Shown: piece after piece, positions 29,846-39,875 of the stretch
How positions within the stretch are numbered: position 1 is the stretch's first letter
Layout: each line of letters begins with the position of its first letter
Source of the DNA: an uncultured Nitrospiraceae bacterium
GTDB taxonomy: Bacteria > Nitrospirota > Thermodesulfovibrionia > Thermodesulfovibrionales > Dissulfurispiraceae
Direction: 5' to 3'
Length of the DNA stretch: 64,000 bases
Assembly (NCBI GenBank): GCA_963705105.1
Contig: CAVPIW010000011.1
Coordinates: 24,080-88,079 of the forward strand
The notes under the pieces: generated by a model
What the model saw: only the letters and a program-made list of their open reading frames with translations
What the model was told of the DNA's origin: nothing
Database searches by the model: none
Translations under genes and position numbers: made by a program

Positions 29846-29862
29846 GGAGGAGGGAATAAAAC

Positions 29863-30105
29863 ATGGAAACTGAAAGTCAGGGGAGCTATCGGGAGGCTCT
29901 CACGGAACTGGAGGGCATCATGGCTGAAATCGAAGCGGAAGATGTTGATCTCGATACGCTCACGGACCGTGTCAGACGGGCCGCTTCCCTGATCGGCCTG
30001 TGCCGGGGGAGACTGAGGAATGCCGAGGAGGAACTTAAAAAAATGCTGGCCGAGATGGAGGAAACCCTTCCCGGAGACTCATTCCAGTCCCAGGGGAATG
30101 ATTGA
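29863..30105 (+). CDS. xseB: Exodeoxyribonuclease VII small subunit
   Basis: SYREAL.ELE.I...IE...DLD.L...C...L..AE pattern; downstream of xseA. Confidence 0.92.
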   Translation: METESQGSYREALTELEGIMAEIEAEDVDLDTLTDRVRRAASLIGLCRGRLRNAEEELKKMLAEMEETLPGDSFQSQGND

Positions 30106-30636
30106 ACGATAGAGTGACGTAAACCATTCCACCGCCTCGGGGTCCCTCTTCGCCATGGTCCAGACGTGCTCGCCCATGCCCATCTGTGCCAGCACGTACT
30201 TTCCGAACCCGAACTGGCCGATCGCCGTATGGGCCGCTCCGAACTGACCGAGGCAAAAACTGAGCGCCAGGGCGAGTTGTCCGACCGAAAAAAAACCGAA
30301 GGCGGCCTGCCCGAGGGCGAAGACGAGCCCCACCGACACCTGGCCGACGGCGACGACACCTGCCGAGGCCTGTCCCACGGCGCAGATTCCCGCGGCAATC
30401 CTGCCGACGGCGAGGACACCCTTTGCGATCTTCCGTGATCCCGTTTCCGGGCAGATCCCGCTCGTGTAATGGATAAGAGGCAGCCCGAGGAACCTCTCAT
30501 GGGACGTGAATTCGGCGAAGGACATGCCGTTCGGATAGAGAAAACGTCGCCACTCACCGAGGCGGGTCCTCTCGATTTTATATTCCACCCGGCCGAGGAG
30601 CATGTTCATAGCCTTCTCACGTCTTTCTCCGTTCAT
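30079..30636 (-). CDS. Hypothetical membrane protein with Gly-Gln repeats
   Basis: LGLPLIH..AKGVLAVG followed by repeated (A/V)GQ hydrophobic units; start moved out of the upstream repeat. Confidence 0.75.
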   Translation of the reverse strand: MNGERREKAMNMLLGRVEYKIERTRLGEWRRFLYPNGMSFAEFTSHERFLGLPLIHYTSGICPETGSRKIAKGVLAVGRIAAGICAVGQASAGVVAVGQVSVGLVFALGQAAFGFFSVGQLALALSFCLGQFGAAHTAIGQFGFGKYVLAQMGMGEHVWTMAKRDPEAVEWFTSLYRSIIPLGLE

Positions 30637-30657
30637 GTTTTCACCTTCACAACAGGA

Positions 30658-30836
30658 CTTCCGGAAAGGCGGGGCGTATGTGCCGAAAAGCCTCGGTGCT
30701 GCGAAACCTCTGCCTTCCCATAAAGACCATTTCAGACCGACGATCGGAAAGAATGATCCTTTTACTGACACTCACACTGTCACTGACGCTGTTTTTCAGA
30801 GCGCTTTGCCCCGCCTTTTCATGCAACGGGAAGTTT
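30658..30836 (+). repeat. Modular element E9 (B' + hexamer module)
   Basis: Same arms as E8 with the hexamer module on the right. Confidence 0.85.
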
Positions 30837-31190
30837 CAGCTCATGCTCCGGCAAAGGCTCCCGGAGTTCACGATGCGTAAACGCTTCATACCCTATAAAC
30901 TCGTCGTCGGCATTCGGGCGGTACACCTTGATTTCCCGGAGGGAAAGGATTGTGTAGACCATTTCCGTCCCGTGACGGAGAAGGCGCCCTATGAATTGAA
31001 CGATGCTCATGAGGTATGACCCCGTTTATCCTGCCCATTGAGAACCTGGTTTTTACTTCGTTATCGGCCGGAAGCGCCTGCTGCTGAAGGACACGTCTGG
31101 CCTGATTGTTTCAGGGAGCGTTGCAAAGGGCGGGGCGAAAACAAGATGAGAAAGAAAAAATAGACATCATGAACCCGATTAACACGCTAA

Positions 31191-31411
31191 TTAACCTTTT
31201 CGTTGCAATACACTTCCGGGAAAGGCGGGGCGTATGCGCCGAAAACCTTGCTGCGGCGACACCATAACTCTCGCAGAAGACAACCTTTCAAACCAATGGT
31301 CGACCACACAAAGAGTGGAATCCTGAAAGACAAACCTGACGAGGCTTATCGTCGCCTTCAGCAAGGCTTTGAGGCGTTTCGCCACGCCTTTCCATGCAAC
31401 AGAAAGGTTAA
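31191..31411 (+). repeat. Modular element E10 (B + C module), both ends intact
   Basis: TTAACCTTTTCGTTGCA ... TGCAACAGAAAGGTTAA. Confidence 0.9.
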
Positions 31412-31430
31412 CAAAATGATTTGCTTCCCC

Positions 31431-31529
31431 GGTTTGTCATTCCGGCTCGACCGGAATCCCTCCTTGTTTTCAGAAGGATTGCCGACGCGCGGAGCCTGTC
31501 CCGGCTTGACCGGGGCTTGCGGCAATGAC
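31431..31529. repeat. REP-like doublet (family C, copy 2)
   Basis: GTCATTCCGGCTCGACCGGAATC ... GATTGCCGACGC[nested hairpin]GCTTGCGGCAATGAC. Confidence 0.8.
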
Positions 31530-31579
31530 GTTGCTTTAGATTTTCATCGCCTGGTTGATAGTTGGAACAGGGCCACGGA

Positions 31580-31763
31580 CACCCCGACGGGGAGGCTGAT
31601 GTGCCGTGTCTGTTGATGCCGAGAGACTGCCGGGCAACAGGCGCTGAACACCTGAAAATGTCTCATCATCGCATTGGAAAGGCTTTGAACCATATCTGCC
31701 TCCCCGGAGAAAGCGTCGCAACCGACTGAACTTAGAGAAACCTCTTCTTGTCTTTTCATGAAA
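31580..31763 (+). repeat. Modular element E11 with partly deleted module A (31589-31705)
   Basis: GGGGAGGCTGATGTG ... CATATCTGCCTCCCC. Confidence 0.82.
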
Positions 31764-31776
31764 CTGAAAAGCACGT

Positions 31777-34149
31777 CTACATCAGCGTCGCGACGGTCAC
31801 GCCGTTTCCGCCCTCGTCGGGATTGCCCGCCCTGAAACCACTCACCAGCGGATGTCCCTTGAGATGTTCACGGACGGCCCTCATGAGCAGGCCCTTGCCG
31901 AAACCGTGGATGACAGTCACCTCCCGCATCCCTGCGAGAGAAGCGTCGTTGAGGAAGTGTTCGAGAACGGACAGGGCTTCATCGACCCTGAGACCGACGA
32001 GGTTGATCCTCGTCTCAACCGTTTCAGGCTTCGGCATCCCCGTGCTGATATCGTCTGTCGCCTTTTCATCGGGACGGCGGCCCCTGCGGTGCCGTATATC
32101 CGTCGCCGGCACCTCGATTTCCTTGTTTCTCGCCATCACCCTGAGGCGGCCCGTCTTCAGATTTACCTCAATGACTGATGCGTCACACCCCAGGGACTTG
32201 ATGTACACTAAGTCTCCTTCCATCACCTCGTCGATGGAGATGGGACCCTCGGGTTCGCCGGCAAACTGCAAAGCCTTCTCCTCGAGATCAGCCTGTTGTG
32301 CACCGGCCTGTCTCATCGATTCCCTGATCTGCTGCCTGTCCCTCCGCTTGAGGTCCTCCAGGAATGCCCCCATCTGCCGCTTTGCTTCGGCGACGACGGA
32401 CGATGCCTCCCTGTATGCCTCCGCAAAGGTTTCCCTTTTTTTCGCTTCTGCGTCGGCGAGCAGGTGGTCCAATTCGCGCTTCCGGTTTTCCAGATCAAAT
32501 CGATCCCTTTCGAGGTCGACGAGAGTTCTCTCGCACTGGAGCCTCTTGTCGTTGAGGTCGGCAATCAGGTTGTCCAGTTCCACCTTCATGCTGCCCATCA
32601 TCTCCCGTGCCGAGGCGATGACCCTCGCCGGCAGCCCGTACCTGCCGGCGACATCGAGCGCGTGGGACTGGCCCGGCTCGCCCGTGCGGAGCCTGTAGAG
32701 GGGGGTCAGGGTCCTGCGATCGAACTCCATGGAGGCGTTGACCATACCCTCCGTCCTATGGACGAAACCCTTTATGTCCGTGAGGTGCGTCGTGGCGAAG
32801 ACGAGGGCTTTCGCTTCCCTCAGCTCTTTCAGGACGGCGCAGGACAGAGCGGCCCCCTCGTCCGGATCGGTGCCGGTGCCGAGTTCGTCAATGAGCACGA
32901 GGCTCTTCGGATCGGATCGCTCCAGGATCTCCGTGATGTTTTCCACGTGGGCCGCGAAGGTGGAGAGGTTGCTCTCGATGGACTGCTCGTCTCCTATGTC
33001 GACAAGGAGGTTTTCGAAGAGGGGAAAGTGGGAGGAGGAATCGGCAGGCACGGGCATGCCTGTCAGGGCCATCGCCGTGAGCAGGCCGATGGTCTTGATG
33101 GCGATCGTTTTTCCGCCGGCGTTCGACCCCGTGATGATCATCACCGTCCTGTCGCCGCCGAGGGACACATCGAGGGGGACGACATCGGCCTGGAACCCGC
33201 GCTCCCGGAAAGACCGGACAAGAAGGGGATGGCGCGCCTTTGTGAGACGGAGCATGTCGTCCTCGCCGACGACGGGAATGTCCATATCGAGCAGATCGGC
33301 GAACTGCGCGACGGCGTTGAGCGCATCGAGGACGACGATAATGCCGAACTCGGCGTCGATCTCATGGACCACGGCCCGGATCTCCGCCGAGATCGACCGG
33401 AGTATCCTGATTTCCTCGGCCTTCTCGTCGGCGATCAGGTTTTCCAGTTCGTTGGAGAGGTTGATGACGGCAAGGGGCTCGACAAAGGCCGTTTCACCGG
33501 ACTTCGAGACATCGTGGACCACACCCGGTATCTGCCCCTTGGAGTCCATCCTGACGGGAATCACCCACCGGCCGGACCGCGTGGTGATGAAGTCATCCTG
33601 AAGAAAGACGGAGACCCGCTCATCCCTTACCATCTCCTCGAGTCTTCTCTGTATGCCGCTCTCGAGCCTCCGTCTCCGGGCCCTCAGCTCCGACAGCAGG
33701 TGTGACGCGCTGTCAAGGATATTGCCGTCACTGTCAATGGATCGCACGAGGGTCCGCAGGATGGAAGGATGCCCCGAAATGTCACGGGTGAGCTCCCGCA
33801 GCGCCTCCAGGTCTTCCCGCCCCTGCAGTTGGGAGACGACGTCGGAGGCGATGCGGAGGAGTATCGTGAACGCTGTCAGCTCCAGGGGATCGAGAACGGC
33901 TCCCTCGGGCATGACCTTTTCAAGCAGAGGGGAAATGTCCTGAAAGGGACCGAGCCTCAGGGGCCTGCCTTCCTCGATCAACCGGAGCATGTCCCTGATC
34001 TGCCGCTGCCTCTTTTCGACATCCGCCTTCGACGAGAGAGGTCCCATCCCGAAGAGGGACTCTTTCGAGGCGTCACTGTTGACGAACACCGAAATCTGCG
34101 CGAGGAGCTTCGGAAACTCGATAAGATCGAGAGAGTCTTCAGCGAACAT
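31777..34149 (-). CDS. mutS2: Endonuclease MutS2
   Basis: ITGSNAGGKT, DIGDEQSIE.NLSTF, DELGTGTDP and a C-terminal Smr domain (IHGFGKG). Confidence 0.96.
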   Translation of the reverse strand: MFAEDSLDLIEFPKLLAQISVFVNSDASKESLFGMGPLSSKADVEKRQRQIRDMLRLIEEGRPLRLGPFQDISPLLEKVMPEGAVLDPLELTAFTILLRIASDVVSQLQGREDLEALRELTRDISGHPSILRTLVRSIDSDGNILDSASHLLSELRARRRRLESGIQRRLEEMVRDERVSVFLQDDFITTRSGRWVIPVRMDSKGQIPGVVHDVSKSGETAFVEPLAVINLSNELENLIADEKAEEIRILRSISAEIRAVVHEIDAEFGIIVVLDALNAVAQFADLLDMDIPVVGEDDMLRLTKARHPLLVRSFRERGFQADVVPLDVSLGGDRTVMIITGSNAGGKTIAIKTIGLLTAMALTGMPVPADSSSHFPLFENLLVDIGDEQSIESNLSTFAAHVENITEILERSDPKSLVLIDELGTGTDPDEGAALSCAVLKELREAKALVFATTHLTDIKGFVHRTEGMVNASMEFDRRTLTPLYRLRTGEPGQSHALDVAGRYGLPARVIASAREMMGSMKVELDNLIADLNDKRLQCERTLVDLERDRFDLENRKRELDHLLADAEAKKRETFAEAYREASSVVAEAKRQMGAFLEDLKRRDRQQIRESMRQAGAQQADLEEKALQFAGEPEGPISIDEVMEGDLVYIKSLGCDASVIEVNLKTGRLRVMARNKEIEVPATDIRHRRGRRPDEKATDDISTGMPKPETVETRINLVGLRVDEALSVLEHFLNDASLAGMREVTVIHGFGKGLLMRAVREHLKGHPLVSGFRAGNPDEGGNGVTVATLM

Positions 34150-34172
34150 CAGGAATTTCGGGCCGGTCCTCC

Positions 34173-34514
34173 CTACATCCCGAGGGCATCGATGATCCTG
34201 TTTTTCTGCCTTTCAATCACCTTCTGTCCCTGGTCGAAGGTCCTGATGATCTCCTTCTTCGCCGATTCGGAGAGATCTATGCCCGTGTCGATGATATCCG
34301 TCACGCGATCTTTTACTTCATCAGCAAAATCGTTCACCCGTTCGAGCGTGTCGTCCACGAGATCGACGGCGTCTTCCTTCAATCTCCTCGATGTCTTGGC
34401 GATGTCCCGCCTTGTCTGCTGCCCCGACTTCGGCGCGTAGAGAAGCGCGATGGTCGCCCCGATGAGCCCGCCGAGAAGAAAAGCCCCTGCCAGTTTTGCC
34501 GAATCTTCGTTCAT
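34173..34514 (-). CDS. YtxH-domain protein
   Basis: FLLGGLIGA.IALLYAPKSG..TR motif. Confidence 0.9.
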   Translation of the reverse strand: MNEDSAKLAGAFLLGGLIGATIALLYAPKSGQQTRRDIAKTSRRLKEDAVDLVDDTLERVNDFADEVKDRVTDIIDTGIDLSESAKKEIIRTFDQGQKVIERQKNRIIDALGM

Positions 34515-34632
34515 AGTGCCTCCTGTTTCATGAATGTTCTTGTATTGAAACAACCTTGCTTACATCCCGATGTAAATGTATCAGGAAAGTCCTCCACTGT
34601 CAATGTCATTCTTCCCTGCCGTCTGAGATGTA

Positions 34633-35040
34633 TTCCCTTATCGTTGCATACGCTTTCCGGAAAGGCGGGGTGTATGCGCCACCGGAGAGTAAACAATAGA
34701 CAGCAGTCAGTAGTCGGCAAAGGCCACGAACAGCCCACGGGAAGGCTGATGTGGTGAAAAGCCTTTCCGCTAAGATACCGTATTCATCCCCGGACCACAC
34801 TTTGCCGTGTCTATCGATACCAAAATCCCGTCAGGCAACAGGCGCTGAACACCTGGAAAAGTCTCATCATCGCATTGGAAAGGCTTTGAACCATATCTGC
34901 CTTCCCGGCATCAGCGCCGGCGGTAGTGACACCAACACTGACACTCACACTGTCACTGTTTTTCAGAGCGCTTCGCCCAGTCTTTTCACGCAACTGATCG
35001 GTCATTCCTTTCACTCACACTCCCACTGACACTTACACTA
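34633..35040 (+). repeat. Modular element E12 (module A at 34739-34906, hexamer modules)
   Basis: Left part nearly identical to E1; right part is the hexamer module. Confidence 0.9.
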
Positions 35041-35669
35041 CCTCGCCGTCCTATCCTCCTGCCCCAGTGATTCAGGAGCACATAGGTCGCGCCCAGTCCC
35101 CCATCGCAATCCTTGGCGGACGCATAGGCGAGGACCCATTTCCGGAAAGCGCTCTGCAGCCACTCCGTCACGGCCTCCTTCAGAACGGGGCCCGCCGGCG
35201 ACCGGAGACCCCGGCCGTGGATGATCTTGACGCAGATGTGCCGGTGACGCAGGGCTTCAGCGATGAATCCGACAAGGGCCTCTTCCGCCTCCGCAAGGAC
35301 CATCCCGTGCAGATCGATGGTGTCCTGTATGCAGAATTCACCGTGATGGAGCCTCCGGGCAAGATCCTTCCGGGCGGACGGGTGGAGCCACTCCACATAT
35401 TCCCCCGTGTCGGAGAGCCGTATCTTCGACTTGCCCCCGACTATTCTCCTCAGCTCCTCGTATCCGTCAGCATCGCAGGACCTGAAGGGCTTCACTCCTT
35501 CAGGGCTGCGATAAGGGATTTCTCTGAACTCGGGGATCTCCCTGACATCGGCCATCGCCTCCGCGAAGATCTCGTCCTCCGTCTTTACCTTCTCTTCTGC
35601 CGTCCCACTCGTCTCCGGGCTCTGCAGGACATCCCGGAGATCACAAAAGGACCGGAGCCGCCTCTTCAT
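34986..35669 (-). CDS. Smr-domain protein
   Basis: IDLHGM, IIHGRGLRS..PVLK and DGGLGATYVLL; SD GGAGGTGA. Confidence 0.9.
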   Translation of the reverse strand: MKRRLRSFCDLRDVLQSPETSGTAEEKVKTEDEIFAEAMADVREIPEFREIPYRSPEGVKPFRSCDADGYEELRRIVGGKSKIRLSDTGEYVEWLHPSARKDLARRLHHGEFCIQDTIDLHGMVLAEAEEALVGFIAEALRHRHICVKIIHGRGLRSPAGPVLKEAVTEWLQSAFRKWVLAYASAKDCDGGLGATYVLLNHWGRRIGRRGSVSVSGSVSERNDRSVA

Positions 35670-35710
35670 GATTTCACCTCCCGAAACCTGATGCCGCCGG
35701 GAACAGGCTT

Positions 35711-36229
35711 TCACCTGATCAGGTTGAGCAGGATCCTCGCCGACGCAAAGACCCTGATGTATCGTTCATCCCGGTAATCACGGTACGTGTTGACCAGGGG
35801 GACGAATTTTCCCTTGCCGTACATGAGGGTCACCTCGGCGAAGATGCCGTCCCTCAGGTAAATCCTGTGACTGTAATCCTTTGTCGACGCAAGGACGATC
35901 TTCGCCCTCGTCAGGTACCCGGGATCGATGTTGACCGCCCTTTTCCCTTCCCTGGCGAACGTCTCTTCGATGTCGTTCGTTCTCAGCTTGATATCCGCGA
36001 GGGCATCCTGACCGACAAGGTTTCTGAAAAAAATGAACCTCCGGAATATCCTCTGTCCCATCTCTTCGCGGTAATAGTCGGAAAAATTCCACGGGAAAGT
36101 CGGGCTCTCCATGGCGATGTCGCCGAAGGCTGCGGCAAGCGCAGACCGCACCTTTTCGAGCATGTCGTAATCGGTGAACAGGAGACCGGTGAAGAGCAAG
36201 GCAGGCGCCGGTTTTTTCGGCTTGCCCAT
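35711..36229 (-). CDS. DUF4416 family protein
   Basis: YY.EEMG, R.VNIDPGY and LASTKDYSHRIYL..GI.AE motifs. Confidence 0.85.
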   Translation of the reverse strand: MGKPKKPAPALLFTGLLFTDYDMLEKVRSALAAAFGDIAMESPTFPWNFSDYYREEMGQRIFRRFIFFRNLVGQDALADIKLRTNDIEETFAREGKRAVNIDPGYLTRAKIVLASTKDYSHRIYLRDGIFAEVTLMYGKGKFVPLVNTYRDYRDERYIRVFASARILLNLIR

Positions 36230-36260
36230 GGGTTGATATCACCTCCGGTTGAGCGCCGGC

Positions 36261-36428
36261 GTGAAGGCTGATGTGGTGAAAAGCCTTTCCGCTAAGACAC
36301 CTTATTGATCACCAGACCACCCTTTGCCGTGTCTATCGATGCCAAAAGCCCGTCAGGCAACAGGCACTGAACAGCTGAAGATGTCTCATCATCGCATTGG
36401 AAAGGCTTTGAACCATATCTGCCTTCCC
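36261..36428 (+). repeat. Module A copy (E13)
   Basis: 168-bp match to 1486-1653. Confidence 0.9.
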
Positions 36429-36476
36429 GGAGGCAGAGTCACTATCGCCAAATCTTTGAGGCGCCCGGCGCTTCCT

Positions 36477-37007
36477 TCAGACCCGCTCTTCGATGATGCG
36501 CGACACCGCAGACATCGCTTCCGGGGAGTCCCACATGACAGGGCCGATGAATTTATCCCGCAGCACGCCTCTCTTGTCGATCAGAAAGGTCTCCGGCACA
36601 CCGGTGACGCCATACTGGGCAGCCACATTCCGGTCATCGATGAGAACGGGGAAACGGTAGCCGTTATCCCTGAGATAACCGGCGACCTTTGCAGGATCGT
36701 CCCTGTACAGGATCGTCAGGTAGACGAATTGATCGTTCCCCTTCTTTGCATTGACGAGATTCACCTGTGAGGGCTTCTCGGACTTGCAGGAGTCGCACCA
36801 GGTCGCCCAGAAATTAACGAGGACGGCCTTACCCTTGAGATCAGTGAGCTTCCAGACCCTGCCCTCGATGTCTTTCAGTTCGAAGGACGGTGCGTCGAGA
36901 CCCACGGCTGCGGACCTGGCCGGACCGGTCTTGTCCCTCATGGTCATGACGATGGCTGCGATGCCGACAATCAGGATGACGACGAGGATGATGCCTTTCT
37001 TGTTCAT
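36477..37007 (-). CDS. TlpA/ResA-like thiol-disulfide oxidoreductase
   Basis: N-terminal TM helix, VNFWATWCDSC and YGVTGVPETFLID. Confidence 0.92.
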   Translation of the reverse strand: MNKKGIILVVILIVGIAAIVMTMRDKTGPARSAAVGLDAPSFELKDIEGRVWKLTDLKGKAVLVNFWATWCDSCKSEKPSQVNLVNAKKGNDQFVYLTILYRDDPAKVAGYLRDNGYRFPVLIDDRNVAAQYGVTGVPETFLIDKRGVLRDKFIGPVMWDSPEAMSAVSRIIEERV

Positions 37008-37055
37008 GAGAGTCCCCTTTTGAAGGATTTGGAATGGAAGCCGAAAGAGACGGAT

Positions 37056-37094
37056 CAGGGACGCCTCAGGCCGGAGATGGCCTGAGGGTCCCTG
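37056..37094. other. Strong GC-rich stem-loop downstream of clpC
   Basis: CAGGGAC-G-CCTCAGGCC / GGCCTGAGG-GTCCCTG; no clear U tract, so function is uncertain. Confidence 0.55.
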
Positions 37095-37106
37095 CGTATG
37101 TCATTC

Positions 37107-39557
37107 CTAATTGACCGACAGGAGGACCGATTCCTCAGCGACGACGAAGACGGGCTTGTCCTCTTCGAGGACTGCCTTGACACTGTGGGCATGCCTGAAC
37201 ATGCCCTTGATGATATCCTCGGAGAGGGGATCTTCGATCTCCCGGGCGATGGCCCTTCTCATGGGCCGCGCGCCGTACGTCGGCTGATAGTACTTATTCA
37301 GGAGCCACTCTTTCACCTCCGTCGACACCGTGAGGGTCAGCTCGTGCTCGGCCAGCTTCCTGTTCGTCTCCTCCAAGAGAAGGTCGATGATCGCCATGAG
37401 GTGATCCTTTTCGAGGGAGTGGAAGACCACGATCTCGTCGACGCGGTTCAGGAACTCGGGATTGAACGTCTTCCTCAGCTCCGTCAGGACGTTGTCCTTC
37501 ATCTTGACATAGTCGTCGCCGGACGAACTGCGGTGGAACCCGAGGGGCGTGGCTTTATCGATGAGCCGCGCGCCGAGGTTCGACGTCATGATGATGATGG
37601 CGTTCCTGAAGTCGACCTTCCGGCCGAAGCTGTCCGTCAGCGTCCCCTCGTCGAGGATCTGCAGGAGTATGTTGAAGACGTCGTTGTGCGCCTTTTCGAT
37701 CTCGTCGAAGAGGATCACGGAGTAGGGCCTCTTCCTGACTTTCTCCGTGAGCTGCCCCCCTTCATCGTACCCGACATAGCCGGGCGGCGCCCCGGTAAGA
37801 CGGGACACGTTGAATCTCTCCATGTACTCGGACATGTCGATCTTCACCAGGGCGTTCTGGTCGTTGAACATGAATTCCGCGAGCGCCTTCGCGAGCTCCG
37901 TCTTTCCGACACCGGTGGGGCCGAGGAAGAAGAAGGAGCCCACGGGCCTGTTCTTCGTCTTGAGCCCCGCCCGGGACCGCCGGATGGCCTTTGCGACGGC
38001 CCTGATGGCGTCATCCTGCCCGATGATGCGCTTGTGTATGGTGTCTTCCATCTTGATGAGCTTTTCCGACTCCGTCTCCTCGAGCTTGTACAGGGGGATT
38101 CCCGTCATCTTGGAGATGGTGTACGACACGTCATCCTCGTCGACGATAGGCACCTCCTTGTTCAGGAGGTCCTTCCACTTCTTGTACTGTATCTCGTAGC
38201 TCTTTCTGACGGATTCCTCCTGGAGCCTGATGCTCTGCGCCTTTTCGATGTCATGGAGCCGCATGTACAGGCTCTTTTCGTTCGAGAGCTGGATGAGCTC
38301 GGACTCCATCGACCTCAGTTCCTGGGGCATGACGGACCTTTTGAGTTTCAGGCGTGAGCCCGTCTCGTCGATCACATCGATGGCCTTGTCAGGAAGGAAC
38401 CGGTCGGTGATGTACCGGTCCGAGAGCTGCGCCGCCGAATCGATGGCGTCGTCGCCGATCTTGACCTTGTGATGGCTCTCGTACCGCGGACGGAGTCCCT
38501 TGAGGATATCGACGGTCGTTTCGACTGTCGGCGCCTGAATGTAAATGGGCTGGAACCTGCGTTCAAGCGCCCCGTCTTTCTCGATGTATTTCCGGTATTC
38601 GTCGGGCGTCGTCGCGCCGATGCACTGAAGCTCGCCGCGTGACAGGGCCGGCTTCAGCATATTGGAAGCGTCGACGGACCCTTCCGCTGCGCCGGCTCCG
38701 ACGAGGGTGTGAAACTCGTCGACGAAGAGGACGACGTTCTCGGACTGGAGGATTTCACGCATAACCGCCTTGAGCCTCTCCTCGAACTGGCCCCGGTATT
38801 TCGTTCCGGCGATGAGGGCGCCCAGATCGAGGGAGATGATCCGCTTGCCGATCATGATGTCCGGCACGTCGCCCGCCACGATTTTCTGGGCCAGTCCCTC
38901 GACGATGGCGGTCTTGCCGACGCCCGGCTCGCCGATAATGGCCGGGTTATTCTTCAGTCTCCTGCCGAGGACCTGGAGGACCCGCTCGATCTCGTCCTCC
39001 CTGCCGATGACCGGGTCGAGCTTGCCTTCAACGGCGAGCATGGTGAGATCCCTGCCGAACTCGTCGAGAGCAGGCGTGTTCGTCTTCCTCCTCTCCTTCT
39101 GCTGCGACTGCTGAAACTGGGGTTTGACGGCGAGATTGATCGTGAGCTGGCGGGCGCCAAGGAGATTGGCTCCCATGTTTCTCAGGATCTTTCCCGCGAC
39201 GCCCTCGTCTTCCCTGATAAGGCCGAGCAGGAGGTGTTCGCTGCCGATGTAATTGTGACCGAGAAGCCGCGCCTCCTCGATGGCGAGCTCGAGGACCTTC
39301 TTTGCCCTCGGCGTGAACGGGATATCGCCGAAGGTGAGCAGGCTGCTCCCGGACGGGAGGTTGCGCTCCACCTCGAGCCTCAGTTCGTCGATGGATACGC
39401 CCATCTTCTTGAGTATGTTGATGGGGGAACTGTCCTCTTCCCTCAGGAGAGCCAGGAGCAGGTGCTCCGTCCCCAGGTAGTCGTTATTCCTCCTTTCGGC
39501 TTCTTCTTTCGCATATATGATTACCTTTCTGCCTCTTTCAGTAAACTTTTCAAACAT
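37107..39557 (-). CDS. clpC: ATP-dependent Clp protease ATP-binding subunit ClpC
   Basis: MFEKFT Clp-N repeats, [16 protein letters not shown] and an LGF ClpP-docking loop. Confidence 0.96.
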   Translation of the reverse strand: MFEKFTERGRKVIIYAKEEAERRNNDYLGTEHLLLALLREEDSSPINILKKMGVSIDELRLEVERNLPSGSSLLTFGDIPFTPRAKKVLELAIEEARLLGHNYIGSEHLLLGLIREDEGVAGKILRNMGANLLGARQLTINLAVKPQFQQSQQKERRKTNTPALDEFGRDLTMLAVEGKLDPVIGREDEIERVLQVLGRRLKNNPAIIGEPGVGKTAIVEGLAQKIVAGDVPDIMIGKRIISLDLGALIAGTKYRGQFEERLKAVMREILQSENVVLFVDEFHTLVGAGAAEGSVDASNMLKPALSRGELQCIGATTPDEYRKYIEKDGALERRFQPIYIQAPTVETTVDILKGLRPRYESHHKVKIGDDAIDSAAQLSDRYITDRFLPDKAIDVIDETGSRLKLKRSVMPQELRSMESELIQLSNEKSLYMRLHDIEKAQSIRLQEESVRKSYEIQYKKWKDLLNKEVPIVDEDDVSYTISKMTGIPLYKLEETESEKLIKMEDTIHKRIIGQDDAIRAVAKAIRRSRAGLKTKNRPVGSFFFLGPTGVGKTELAKALAEFMFNDQNALVKIDMSEYMERFNVSRLTGAPPGYVGYDEGGQLTEKVRKRPYSVILFDEIEKAHNDVFNILLQILDEGTLTDSFGRKVDFRNAIIIMTSNLGARLIDKATPLGFHRSSSGDDYVKMKDNVLTELRKTFNPEFLNRVDEIVVFHSLEKDHLMAIIDLLLEETNRKLAEHELTLTVSTEVKEWLLNKYYQPTYGARPMRRAIAREIEDPLSEDIIKGMFRHAHSVKAVLEEDKPVFVVAEESVLLSVN

Positions 39558-39823
39558 TGTATTCTCCTTGATGGTTTAATGGCCCTAACTAAATATTATC
39601 GCTTTGTCACAGGCCTTGTCAAATGAGTCCGATCCTTGATTTGCGGGATTTCAGGCGGGCCAGGACGCCACGACAGGGAATTCCGAAAGGGATTGTGAAG
39701 AACCGAAGGACAGGGAAAATGCGTAATCGAGTTGATTTGTTGATTAAGTTGATTGAGCTGATTGAGTTTACCTGCTCATCTGCTTGACTCAATGAACCTA
39801 TTCAACTTAATCAACTGAGTAGT

Positions 39824-39875
39824 TAACTCTGTAGTTGCATTGAAAGGCGGGGCGTGCATTGCAACGATAAGGTTA
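39824..39875. repeat. Minimal 52-bp element E14 (both end motifs, no cargo)
   Basis: TAACTCTGTAGTTGCATTGAAAGGCGGGGCGTGCATTGCAACGATAAGGTTA. Confidence 0.8.
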
